Positions 46,318 to 53,774 of a stretch of 54,933 bases of DNA are shown one piece after another. The position numbers and the translations under genes were made by a program. The DNA comes from a virus. Taxonomy: Duplodnaviria > Caudoviricetes. Under the pieces are notes generated by a model. The model saw only the letters and a program-made list of their open reading frames with translations, ran no database searches and was not told the DNA's origin. Where the stretch lies: IMG/VR virus record IMGVR_UViG_3300046504_000195, positions 1 through 54,933 of that record. The stretch is one strand, 5' to 3'. Numbering within the stretch: the first letter of the stretch is position 1; each line of letters begins with the position of its first letter.

Positions 46318-48582
46318 ATGAAAAAAAATGTAAAACTTGTTGAAAACTATTATCTCACTACACAGGAAGTTAATAGTACAGTGACTGTAGAAGTCGCAAA
46401 AAAAACAAACCACATCTTCGTGGTTGACGTATCAGGCTCAATGTCTTGGGAACTCCCGAAAATCCGTACACAACTAAAGAACAAACTCTCCAACATCATG
46501 AAGGAAGGTGATACTATTTCTATAGTATGGTTCTCCGGTAATCGTGACTCAGGAATTCTTAAAGAAGAAGTTGAGGTAAAATCACTCAAAACACTTACAG
46601 ACCTGCATGGTGCTATCGACAGATGGCTTGTTCCAATTGGTCTTACTGCATTTCTGAAACCATTACAATTGGTTAAAGAACTTGTTGCAAGAATTAAGAA
46701 AAACAGACCTGATTCAGTGTATTCCCTGATTTTCCTTTCAGATGGTTATAATAACGACTGTCCGTGGAATGAAGTAATCAAGGCACTTAAAGACCTTGAA
46801 ACAGACATAGCATCTTCAACATTCGTTGAATACGGATACTATGCTGACACACAAAAACTCACCCAAATGGCATCTATTTTGGGCGGTGAAAAAATCAGTT
46901 GCAATGGTTTTGATGATTTTGAACCTATTTTCGAAAACAAAATTTCGAAGAGTGCCAAAGGTGGAAAGAAAACCGTTGTGCCAATCACCGACAAATATCT
47001 TTATGATTTTGTATTCAGTGTTGATGGCGGTAGTGTACTTCTGTACAATATCGTTGACGGCAAAGTATTGGTTGGTTCAGATGTAAAAGAAATTTATTTC
47101 TTCTCACCTACAGCCGTTGGTGTTGACGCAGGTAATAACACAACTGATGCTTCTTTGTATGCAGCAATTTATGTGCTTGCAGACAAACTTATGAATGATG
47201 ATGCAGAGAAAATTTTCTATGCTCTTGGTGACAACTATTATTACAAGGTATTAGCCAATGCATTTGGAAAACAGAAACTCAATGCATTCAAAAATGCAAT
47301 CAAAGAATGTGTTGGTGACGCATCAAAAAGATTTCTTGAAGGTGGTCGTTCAGCAATTAAACCCGTTAGTGATAACGCATATTGCTTGATGAACCTTATT
47401 AACGATTTGGGCGGTTTGGAAGGTTGTTTATTCTTCCCAAGTCATCCTGAATTCCAATACAACAGGATTGGTAGAAAGAAAGTTGCAGTTGGAAGTACTC
47501 TTACCGATGCCGACAAGAAAAGACTTGCAGAAGCAAAAAATCTTGACGAAGTGAATAAAATCACCGCAGAACTTGCTGAAAAGAAAGTTGATATTAAATT
47601 TGTCAGCACCGATCCGGATAAAGGTTATCCTCTTACTGATTTGGTATGGAATGAAGAACGTGCCAATTTAAGTGTTCGTATTTTTATTAATGGTGAAGTA
47701 CAACTTCCTACGAACAAATTCAAGATCGAAAAGGTTGCCTCTTTCAAATATAACACCTTTACCCTTGTAAAAGACGGTATTGTGAATGTCGAAAAACTTC
47801 CGGTATTATATTCTGATGAATTAAGTGATCTTTTGTCAAAAAATGGTGTCAAATTCGAACTTGAAGGTTCAAAACTCTCACCGAATGATATGAGGATCAT
47901 CATTGATCTTAACAGTCTTCCTATTGTCAACAGGGGTATGGTTAAAGCAGTTTCAGCAATGCAACTTGCAAAACAAGAATGGGAACTCATTAAGATACAA
48001 GGTGAGAAGAAAGTTTACGATTATTACAAAAAATCATTGTTTCCAAAAACCAGTAAGTCATTCTTGGAATTAGGTTTTACACAGGAAGCAGTCGATTGGC
48101 TGAAAGAAGTCGGTGTCACGGACTTCAACGGCTTTGCTCCAAAGGTAACAAGTGCCGAAGCAACAGACTTCTATATGTCAGTTGTACTTGCTACAAAGAT
48201 CAAAGGTCTGTCAAGTCTTCCAAAGGTCGAAGATGTTGTTGCCAAGATCAAAGCAAAGGGTTCATTGAAATTGAATGAATGGGTTATGGCAGATGCAATC
48301 AAGAAATATCTTGCTCAGACAGAAACTGACATGTATCAAACATTGAATGATGATCAGAAAAAAGGTGTGCTTGAAGTGTATCTCAATACCAAATCAAGTA
48401 TGCTGAATAAAAAGAGAAGGAGTATCCTGCAGGAAATCGCACAGATTAAATTCTCATTGATCCTTTCAAAGAAATGGTTCACTGAATTCAAGAGTTTTGA
48501 TGAAAATAAACTCGCAGTGAACTTTGATGGTCAGGACTTGGACTTTACTTTCGATTTAAGTGAAAAAGAAGAAAAAATCTAA
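46318..48582 (+). CDS. Large vWA-domain protein
   Basis: VVDVSGSM, GLTAF, FLSDGYNN. Confidence 0.85.
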   Translation: MKKNVKLVENYYLTTQEVNSTVTVEVAKKTNHIFVVDVSGSMSWELPKIRTQLKNKLSNIMKEGDTISIVWFSGNRDSGILKEEVEVKSLKTLTDLHGAIDRWLVPIGLTAFLKPLQLVKELVARIKKNRPDSVYSLIFLSDGYNNDCPWNEVIKALKDLETDIASSTFVEYGYYADTQKLTQMASILGGEKISCNGFDDFEPIFENKISKSAKGGKKTVVPITDKYLYDFVFSVDGGSVLLYNIVDGKVLVGSDVKEIYFFSPTAVGVDAGNNTTDASLYAAIYVLADKLMNDDAEKIFYALGDNYYYKVLANAFGKQKLNAFKNAIKECVGDASKRFLEGGRSAIKPVSDNAYCLMNLINDLGGLEGCLFFPSHPEFQYNRIGRKKVAVGSTLTDADKKRLAEAKNLDEVNKITAELAEKKVDIKFVSTDPDKGYPLTDLVWNEERANLSVRIFINGEVQLPTNKFKIEKVASFKYNTFTLVKDGIVNVEKLPVLYSDELSDLLSKNGVKFELEGSKLSPNDMRIIIDLNSLPIVNRGMVKAVSAMQLAKQEWELIKIQGEKKVYDYYKKSLFPKTSKSFLELGFTQEAVDWLKEVGVTDFNGFAPKVTSAEATDFYMSVVLATKIKGLSSLPKVEDVVAKIKAKGSLKLNEWVMADAIKKYLAQTETDMYQTLNDDQKKGVLEVYLNTKSSMLNKKRRSILQEIAQIKFSLILSKKWFTEFKSFDENKLAVNFDGQDLDFTFDLSEKEEKI

Positions 48583-48606
48583 AACTCTTCAAATCAGATA
48601 TTTAAG

Positions 48607-48636
48607 AACCTCAGAAAATTTTCTGAGGTTTTTTTT
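48607..48636 (+). terminator. Intrinsic terminator
   Basis: AACCTCAGAAAATTTTCTGAGGTT-TTTTTT. Confidence 0.88.
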
Positions 48637-48656
48637 GTAAAATAATTGAAAAAAAG

Positions 48657-48687
48657 TTTGGTGGTAATGAAACATTTTATATCTTTG
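48657..48687 (+). promoter_or_regulatory. Bacteroidota-type promoter, tRNA array 4
   Basis: TTTG-N19-TATCTTTG. Confidence 0.78.
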
Positions 48688-48754
48688 CCACGTATTTAAT
48701 AGAAAACGAACTTATAATAGTTTTAATTAAGAGATCACAATTAATAAATAAATA

Positions 48755-48886
48755 ATGAAAACGTACAGGCACATATCAGCAATCATTACATCGACCTCAA
48801 GTCGCAACGGGATATCTATATTCTGTTCAGACTTTACAGGCAGAAATAATGGAATTGATACGGGTTATGGTTTTCTTATGAGATAA
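48755..48886 (+). CDS. Leader peptide 4 (MKTYRHISAIITSTSSRNGISIFCSDFTGRNNGIDTGYGFLMR)
   Basis: 26 of codons 7-34 are T/S/I/R/N/G/F/C. Confidence 0.8.
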   Translation: MKTYRHISAIITSTSSRNGISIFCSDFTGRNNGIDTGYGFLMR

Positions 48887-48907
48887 ACTTAAAAGTTTTA
48901 GTAAACC

Positions 48908-48939
48908 AAAAACCCGAATCGCAAGTTTCGGGTTTTTTT
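48908..48939 (+). terminator. Attenuator terminator 4
   Basis: AAAAACCCGAA..GCAA..TTCGGGTTTTTTT; 5' arm also pairs with GATACGGGTT at 48857-48866. Confidence 0.85.
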
Positions 48940-48956
48940 GTTGTTCTTTCAGATAT

Positions 48957-49027
48957 GCCGAGATAGTCCAAAGGTAGAACTTCTGTGTGGTATTCAGAGG
49001 ATACGAGTTCGAGTCTCGTTCTTGGCT
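48957..49027 (+). tRNA. tRNA-Thr(GGT)
   Basis: GCCGAGA/TCTTGGC; loop GTGGTAT. Confidence 0.8.
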
Positions 49028-49035
49028 CAAATAAA

Positions 49036-49137
49036 ATAAGGTTATAACCTTATATCTTATGAATATAAGATTATTGCCTTAATAAAATATAACTCTTACA
49101 GGTTATAAACACAATTAATAACCCAAGCAGGTTATTA
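49036..49137. repeat. Cluster of ATAACC/GGTTAT palindromes
   Basis: Perfect palindrome ATAAGGTTATAACCTTAT plus three related inverted repeats. Confidence 0.6.
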
Positions 49138-49147
49138 TCTGTAAGAC

Positions 49148-49159
49148 GATCTTTGACAT
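49148..49159 (+). promoter_or_regulatory. boxA-like element
   Basis: GATCTTTGACAT. Confidence 0.55.
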
Positions 49160-49171
49160 GCTGGTAATTTT

Positions 49172-49256
49172 GTCGGGATGCCTGAGTGGTTGAAGGGGAC
49201 GGTCTGCAAAACCGTTTGCTACGCACGCATGGGTTCGAATCCCATTCCCGACTCCA
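49172..49256 (+). tRNA. tRNA-Cys(GCA) with long variable arm
   Basis: GTCGGGA/TCCCGAC-TCCA; loop CTGCAAA. Confidence 0.88.
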
Positions 49257-49258
49257 AT

Positions 49259-49334
49259 GTTCCTGTCGTACTATAACTGGTAAGACCGCACCCTGTTAAG
49301 GTGAACAATGTAGGTTCGAATCCTACCGGGAACG
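49259..49334 (+). tRNA. tRNA-Asn(GTT)
   Basis: GTTCCTG/CGGGAAC-G; loop CTGTTAA. Confidence 0.82.
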
Positions 49335-49339
49335 CAAAT

Positions 49340-49412
49340 TGTCTCGTAACTCAGTTGGTAGAGTATCACACTGATAATGTGGAAGTCGTCAGTTCAAGTC
49401 TGACCGAGACAA
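49340..49412 (+). tRNA. tRNA-Ile(GAT)
   Basis: TGTCTCG/CGAGACA; loop CTGATAA. Confidence 0.92.
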
Positions 49413-49422
49413 CTAATAATAT

Positions 49423-49503
49423 AGTGAGGTGGATGAATGGTTTAGTCACCTGTCTGATACACAGGGTCGCAAGACGATGTGGGTTCGAGTCCCATCTTCA
49501 CTA
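49423..49503 (+). tRNA. tRNA-Ile(GAT) with long variable arm
   Basis: AGTGAGG/CTTCACT; loop CTGATAC; arm GTCGCAAGAC. Confidence 0.85.
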
Positions 49504-49532
49504 CAACCTGACGAGGTTCTTGTTGCAACATG

Positions 49533-49619
49533 AGCAACTGAAAGTTTATAGCATAGTGGCAATGCTGCCCATTGAAAAGGGTGAAGATTGGTTCGAATCC
49601 AATTAAACAATCGGTTGCT
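49533..49619 (+). ncRNA. tRNA-like RNA with extended acceptor stem and 8-nt anticodon loop
   Basis: AGCAACTGA-AA-GTTTA / TAAAC-AA-TCGGTTGCT; normal D and T arms; loop ATTGAAAA. Confidence 0.6.
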
Positions 49620-49624
49620 ATTTT

Positions 49625-49711
49625 GGAGAGTTGTCTGAGTGGTCTATAGAGGCGGTCTTGAAAACCGTTGGGCGTTCGTTCGCCCCGTGGGTTCGAATCC
49701 TACACTCTCCG
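49625..49711 (+). tRNA. tRNA-Ser(TGA)
   Basis: GGAGAGT/ACTCTCC-G; loop CTTGAAA; long arm. Confidence 0.93.
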
Positions 49712-49784
49712 CAAAGTCAAGTGCAATGGATTACATCACTTGACCTAAACATTGAAAAGGAAGTCATGAGCCAATTCAGTGTAA

Positions 49785-49938
49785 TAGTTCTGGGTTGCAT
49801 AAGAGGCTGCCCTAATGTTCAGTAGAAAATTTTGTGCACGCATTTGGCAATGCGGTTATGTGCATTATCGACTCCGAGACATTTATGATAGTTGTAATAC
49901 TAACGGGAAACGTGAGTAGAAGGCTCACACCAGAACTT
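49785..49938 (+). ncRNA. Structured ncRNA candidate
   Basis: Closing stem AGTTCTGG/CCAGAACT; inner TGCAC..CGCATT/AATGCG..GTGCA and GTGAGT/GCTCAC. Confidence 0.45.
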
Positions 49939-49942
49939 AAAC

Positions 49943-50015
49943 GGAGCAGTAGCAAAGGTGGTCTATGCACCGGACTGAAAATCCGGCTATGTTGGTTCGA
50001 CTCCAACCTGCTCCA
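49943..50015 (+). tRNA. tRNA-Phe(GAA)
   Basis: GGAGCAG/CTGCTCC; loop CTGAAAA. Confidence 0.92.
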
Positions 50016-50024
50016 CCGATTTTT

Positions 50025-50143
50025 CGATTTTTAGGCAAATCATCCTTCCTTCTTTTAGGACTATCCACGTCCTATGGGTTGCACGAATGCAAAATTCCCC
50101 CTGCCTCAGAGCAGGTGAATCCAAGAGGTTCAGCAAAAAGTCG
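50025..50143 (+). ncRNA. Four-hairpin structured ncRNA candidate
   Basis: CGATTTTT/AAAAGTCG closes TAGGAC/GTCCTA, TTGCA/TGCAA, CCTGC/GCAGG, TGAATC/GGTTCA. Confidence 0.5.
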
Positions 50144-50149
50144 TGGCAC

Positions 50150-50221
50150 GCAGGTGTAGCACAAAGGTTAGTGTGTCAGACTTCCAATCTGATGATGTGG
50201 GTTCGATTCCCATCACCTGCT
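50150..50221 (+). tRNA. tRNA-Gly(TCC)
   Basis: GCAGGTG/CACCTGC-T; loop CTTCCAA. Confidence 0.93.
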
Positions 50222-50275
50222 CAAAAAAGGTCTGAGGGAGTCCTTTAAAGGTATAAATAACCTGTCCCTCTCCAT

Positions 50276-50348
50276 AGTGGTGTGGCGCAATGGTTGGCGC
50301 AGGACTCTTATAAGGTCAAGGTTGGGGGTTCAAGTCCCTTCACCACTA
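50276..50348 (+). tRNA. tRNA-Ile(TAT)
   Basis: AGTGGTG/CACCACT; loop CTTATAA. Confidence 0.85.
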
Positions 50349-50353
50349 CAAAT

Positions 50354-50427
50354 GCATCGGTGGCTCAGTTGGTCAGAGCAATTGACTGTTAATCAATGGG
50401 TCGCAGGTTCGAATCCTGCCCGGTGCG
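50354..50427 (+). tRNA. tRNA-Asn(GTT)
   Basis: GCATCGG/CCGGTGC-G; loop CTGTTAA. Confidence 0.93.
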
Positions 50428-50499
50428 CAAAAATAATTTATTAAGTATTGATTTTGTAATCTATTTTGTTTACTTTTGAAGTTTACTTTATTTAATTAA

Positions 50500-50685
50500 A
50501 TGGAAGTTAATCTTGAAAAACTAAAAGATGAGAATATCAAATTGATTAAAAAAATCAAAAATTCTCGATTCACTAACGGTCATAGATACAAACAATGCTA
50601 TTTTGAACCGGATAAAAAAGTACCAAACAACTATAATTGTTGTTTACCTTGTGATATTTATTGTCCAAATAGAATAAAAAATTAA
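50500..50685 (+). CDS. Small Cys-rich hypothetical protein
   Basis: ORF. Confidence 0.5.
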   Translation: MEVNLEKLKDENIKLIKKIKNSRFTNGHRYKQCYFEPDKKVPNNYNCCLPCDIYCPNRIKN

Positions 50686-51035
50686 TGAAGAAATACTTAT
50701 TTGTAGGCGAAAGAAGAAGTCCAACTGCAATACGAATGAATGTCACATGGGTTGACAAACGCCTTTGTGCCGGACACCTTTCAAAAGCCGTAGAAAACCT
50801 TGGAATTGATTGGAATGAATGTGCCTTTTTAAATGTGTTTGAAGATGATATACGGGACATCAGAGTATTTAAAGGTGTAGTTATAGCAATGGGAAGAAAC
50901 GTTGAGAAAGTGCTTAAAAAAGAACAAATCAGGCATGAATTCATTTATCATCCTGCAACACGTGGAGCAGTAAGAAATATACAAAAATACAAGGATCACG
51001 TAAAAGAAAGAATAGGACACATAGTATTGTCATGA
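50685..51035 (+). CDS. Hypothetical protein, possible UDG-like fold
   Basis: LFVGE..FLNV..VIAMGR..IYHPA. Confidence 0.55.
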   Translation: MKKYLFVGERRSPTAIRMNVTWVDKRLCAGHLSKAVENLGIDWNECAFLNVFEDDIRDIRVFKGVVIAMGRNVEKVLKKEQIRHEFIYHPATRGAVRNIQKYKDHVKERIGHIVLS

Positions 51036-51226
51036 CAAATAAAAAAAAGAAAAAACAATATGACAGAAAACGTTATCTTGAAAAGAAACAATATTTCAAC
51101 GATAAAAGTAAAAAGTGGGCAGATGCTCATAAAGAATTTCTACAAGAATATCAAAAGGAATGGAATGAAAATCATAAAGACTATCAAAAAAACTATTATT
51201 TGGAACACAAGAAATTGCCGGAATAA
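51032..51226 (+). CDS. Basic helical protein (resembles an HNH N-terminal region)
   Basis: K/Y/W periodic repeats; overlaps tRNA-Thr. Confidence 0.5.
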   Translation: MTNKKKKKQYDRKRYLEKKQYFNDKSKKWADAHKEFLQEYQKEWNENHKDYQKNYYLEHKKLPE

Positions 51227-51289
51227 CTCAATTGGTAGAGTATCTGATTCGTATTCAGAATGTTGCAGATTCGAGTTCTGCTTCTGGCT
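51217..51289 (+). tRNA. tRNA-Thr(CGT)
   Basis: GCCGGAA/TTCTGGC; loop TTCGTAT. Confidence 0.85.
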
Positions 51290-51302
51290 CAAAAATAAAA
51301 AT

Positions 51303-51758
51303 ATGAGAAAACCGAATACGTGTTGCTCTGATTGTGGTAAACCATTATATCGTAGACCATGCGAACTTATTAAGTGGAAAAAGGTTTATTGTAAAAATTG
51401 TCAGAAACTACATATGAATGATGCAGCAAAAGTGAAAAATGATAGTCTCTATGTTGCATATATTGCAAAATGGAAAGCAGGTTTGGTTGATGGAATGAAA
51501 GGCGAATATCAAATATCTCGACATTTAATAAGGTATTTATTTGAAAAATTTGGTAATAAATGTAGCAAATGTGGTTGGAATGAAGTAAATCCATTTACTA
51601 AAAAAATACCTTTAGAAACTGAACACATTGATGGCGATTATAGAAATAACAAAGAAGAAAATTTGGATTTATTATGTCCTAATTGTCATAGTTTAACACC
51701 AACATATAAAGGTGCAAACAGAGGTAAAGGAAGAAAAGAAAGAAAAAAGTATGCCTGA
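51303..51758 (+). CDS. HNH endonuclease
   Basis: LETEHIDGDYRNNKEENLDLLCPNCH; start moved to MRKPN. Confidence 0.88.
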   Translation: MRKPNTCCSDCGKPLYRRPCELIKWKKVYCKNCQKLHMNDAAKVKNDSLYVAYIAKWKAGLVDGMKGEYQISRHLIRYLFEKFGNKCSKCGWNEVNPFTKKIPLETEHIDGDYRNNKEENLDLLCPNCHSLTPTYKGANRGKGRKERKKYA

Positions 51759-51826
51759 TTAACTTTAATTGGTAGAGTGCCACACTTGTAATGTGGAAGT
51801 TGGGGGTTCGAGTCCCTCATTAGGCT
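51753..51826 (+). tRNA. tRNA-Thr(TGT)
   Basis: GCCTGAT/ATTAGGC; loop CTTGTAA. Confidence 0.92.
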
Positions 51827-51837
51827 CAATAAATAAT

Positions 51838-51920
51838 GCCGATATGGTTCAGTGGCGACAACACCAGTTTTGTAAACTGGCACTTAATAGACATCGGGGG
51901 TTCGAATCCCTCTATCGGCT
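51838..51920 (+). tRNA. tRNA-Thr(TGT), long variable region
   Basis: GCCGATA/TATCGGC; loop TTTGTAA; 15-nt extra region. Confidence 0.82.
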
Positions 51921-51935
51921 CAAATACAATTAGTT

Positions 51936-52160
51936 ATGGAAAGACTACCAAGTGAAAATCATGAAGAAAAATTCTTGAAGAAATTACAATCAAGATTTAA
52001 AGAGTATGTTGATCTGACACCATACTTAGTAAAGGTTGCAATTGTAACAGTAATAATATTTATTGCATCTTCATTAATTTGGTATAGTTTTTTTCGTATT
52101 GACAAAAATAAGCCAATATATAAAAACATTATCGAGCAATTTGAATCAAAGAAAAAATGA
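51936..52160 (+). CDS. Small membrane protein
   Basis: One TM helix. Confidence 0.6.
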   Translation: MERLPSENHEEKFLKKLQSRFKEYVDLTPYLVKVAIVTVIIFIASSLIWYSFFRIDKNKPIYKNIIEQFESKKK

Positions 52161-52405
52161 AATTATTGATAAAATTTCCAGATCAATCAACATCATTTAC
52201 ATATGGTGTTGAATTTGGCAGGCTTTTGGAAAAAATTGAAAGAGGGGATGATGTCATAATGAATAATGGTTTTCCTGTAAGAATAGAAAATGTCAATTTA
52301 TTGAAAGAAACATGTCAGAAATTCGGATATATTCCTATCTTTGGCAAAAAATATTTTAATGAATGGATTGAATTTGTAGGCATTAAACAATCAAATAAGA
52401 ATTAA
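52157..52405 (+). CDS. Hypothetical protein
   Basis: Start overlaps upstream stop. Confidence 0.65.
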   Translation: MKLLIKFPDQSTSFTYGVEFGRLLEKIERGDDVIMNNGFPVRIENVNLLKETCQKFGYIPIFGKKYFNEWIEFVGIKQSNKN

Positions 52406-52406
52406 A

Positions 52407-52955
52407 ATGGGCAAAAAGGAAATCCGTAAAAACAAAATCCCGCATCAATACTTTGTGACCAAAGGATTCGGAGTTGATCCTTTTGAGAAACATGCAGGTG
52501 CATATCACATGGCATTGTATGATGCAGGGATAGCAAATTTTAATATTCAAACATATAGTTCAGTACTTTCACCACACTCTGAATTGGTTACTCTTGATGA
52601 AATTGATTTGGATGAATATGGCAGTGAAATGAAATGCATAATGTCTTGTGAATTCGGTGAATTTGGTGAATACATCAGTGCCGGAATAGCATACGCATGG
52701 ATGTACAAAGATCAGGAGTTCGATAAAAAGTTTGGTGGAATAGTTTGCGAGGTCCACGGAAAATTTTCAATTGACAGTCTTGAAGAAAGACTTTATATGG
52801 TTTTAAATAATTTGTATGAAAAAACATATAAAGATAAAGGTCTGTTTCTTGGTGAACCTCAAGTAATAACACAAGGTGGTTCAGTACCTAATAATATAAG
52901 GTATGGTTGTGCATTGGTTTCACTTTGTTTTGTAAATTATATAATTGTAGAATGA
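52407..52955 (+). CDS. pdaD: Pyruvoyl-dependent arginine decarboxylase
   Basis: IP.QYFVTKG.G, ALYDAGIANFNIQTYSSVL (SS self-cleavage site), ISAGIAYA, GIVCE. Confidence 0.82.
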   Translation: MGKKEIRKNKIPHQYFVTKGFGVDPFEKHAGAYHMALYDAGIANFNIQTYSSVLSPHSELVTLDEIDLDEYGSEMKCIMSCEFGEFGEYISAGIAYAWMYKDQEFDKKFGGIVCEVHGKFSIDSLEERLYMVLNNLYEKTYKDKGLFLGEPQVITQGGSVPNNIRYGCALVSLCFVNYIIVE

Positions 52956-53374
52956 AAACTATAATTTGTAAGAACTGTAATAATCCAATTGGTTTTAAAA
53001 ATTGGAGAAAACAACAATTTTGTAATAAAAAATGCGAAGGTGAATATAAATCTAAGATGAAATATCTGGATTATTTAAATAATAATGAAAAATATTGTAA
53101 AGCATCATATGCACTTAGAGCCATAAAACCACATATATTAAAAGAACAAAATAATAAGTGTGCAATTTGTAATAATGAAAATATTTGGAATAATAAATTT
53201 TTGGTATTCATTATGGATCATATTGATGGTAACGCATCTAACAATAAACGTGAAAATGTCAGATTAATTTGTCCTAACTGTGATAGCCAATTAGATACAT
53301 ATAAATCAAAAAATAAAAATTCGGCAAGAAAAGAAAGATATTTACAATCAAAAAATCATGCACCCGTAGCATAA
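52952..53374 (+). CDS. HNH endonuclease
   Basis: IMDHIDGNASNNKRENVRLICPNC. Confidence 0.88.
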   Translation: MKTIICKNCNNPIGFKNWRKQQFCNKKCEGEYKSKMKYLDYLNNNEKYCKASYALRAIKPHILKEQNNKCAICNNENIWNNKFLVFIMDHIDGNASNNKRENVRLICPNCDSQLDTYKSKNKNSARKERYLQSKNHAPVA

Positions 53375-53433
53375 CTGGACAATGCATCACTCTTCTAAAG
53401 TGGTGATTGTGGGTTCGAGTCCCACCGGGTGTA
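53360..53433 (+). tRNA. tRNA-Arg(TCT)
   Basis: GCACCCG/CGGGTGT; loop CTTCTAA. Confidence 0.92.
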
Positions 53434-53449
53434 CAAATAAATTTTGAAT

Positions 53450-53593
53450 ATGGCAACAGCAATTTGTCCTAAGTGTGGAAAAGTAATTTATGTACCTGAT
53501 AGTCCGGTACAATTGGAAAAAGATTTTGTAATTTGTTGTGATGAAGTAATATACATACCAAGTGAAGTACAAGATAGTAAAGATGAAGCATAA
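53450..53593 (+). CDS. Small Zn-ribbon-like protein (47 aa)
   Basis: MATAICPKCGK..ICCDE. Confidence 0.55.
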   Translation: MATAICPKCGKVIYVPDSPVQLEKDFVICCDEVIYIPSEVQDSKDEA

Positions 53594-53774
53594 ATTGGAA
53601 TACACTGATAATAAGGTGTTTATTTCATTAAATGGTTATGCTTTTATTGATGAAGGCGGTCAGACAATAATAATTGTGTACGGAGAAGGTCGCAGAGACG
53701 ATATGTCGAAGTATTTAAATGAAAATGGTGACAGAATAGGAATAAAGTATAAGATAATTAATTTGCTCTCATAG
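53583..53774 (+). CDS. Hypothetical protein
   Basis: ORF. Confidence 0.5.
   Translation: MKHKLEYTDNKVFISLNGYAFIDEGGQTIIIVYGEGRRDDMSKYLNENGDRIGIKYKIINLLS

Noticed and set aside
49716-49938. Group I/II intron or theta ribozyme
   Set aside because: Too short, no recognisable P7 or domain V, and no HDV-like fold found by eye; not excluded without a covariance-model search.
52407-52955. Agmatidine tRNA-Ile2 modification pathway
   Set aside because: Needs archaeal TiaS, not seen here; the phage also has tRNA-Ile(UAU).
53450-53593. LysW carrier protein
   Set aside because: Lacks the EDWGE C-terminus.
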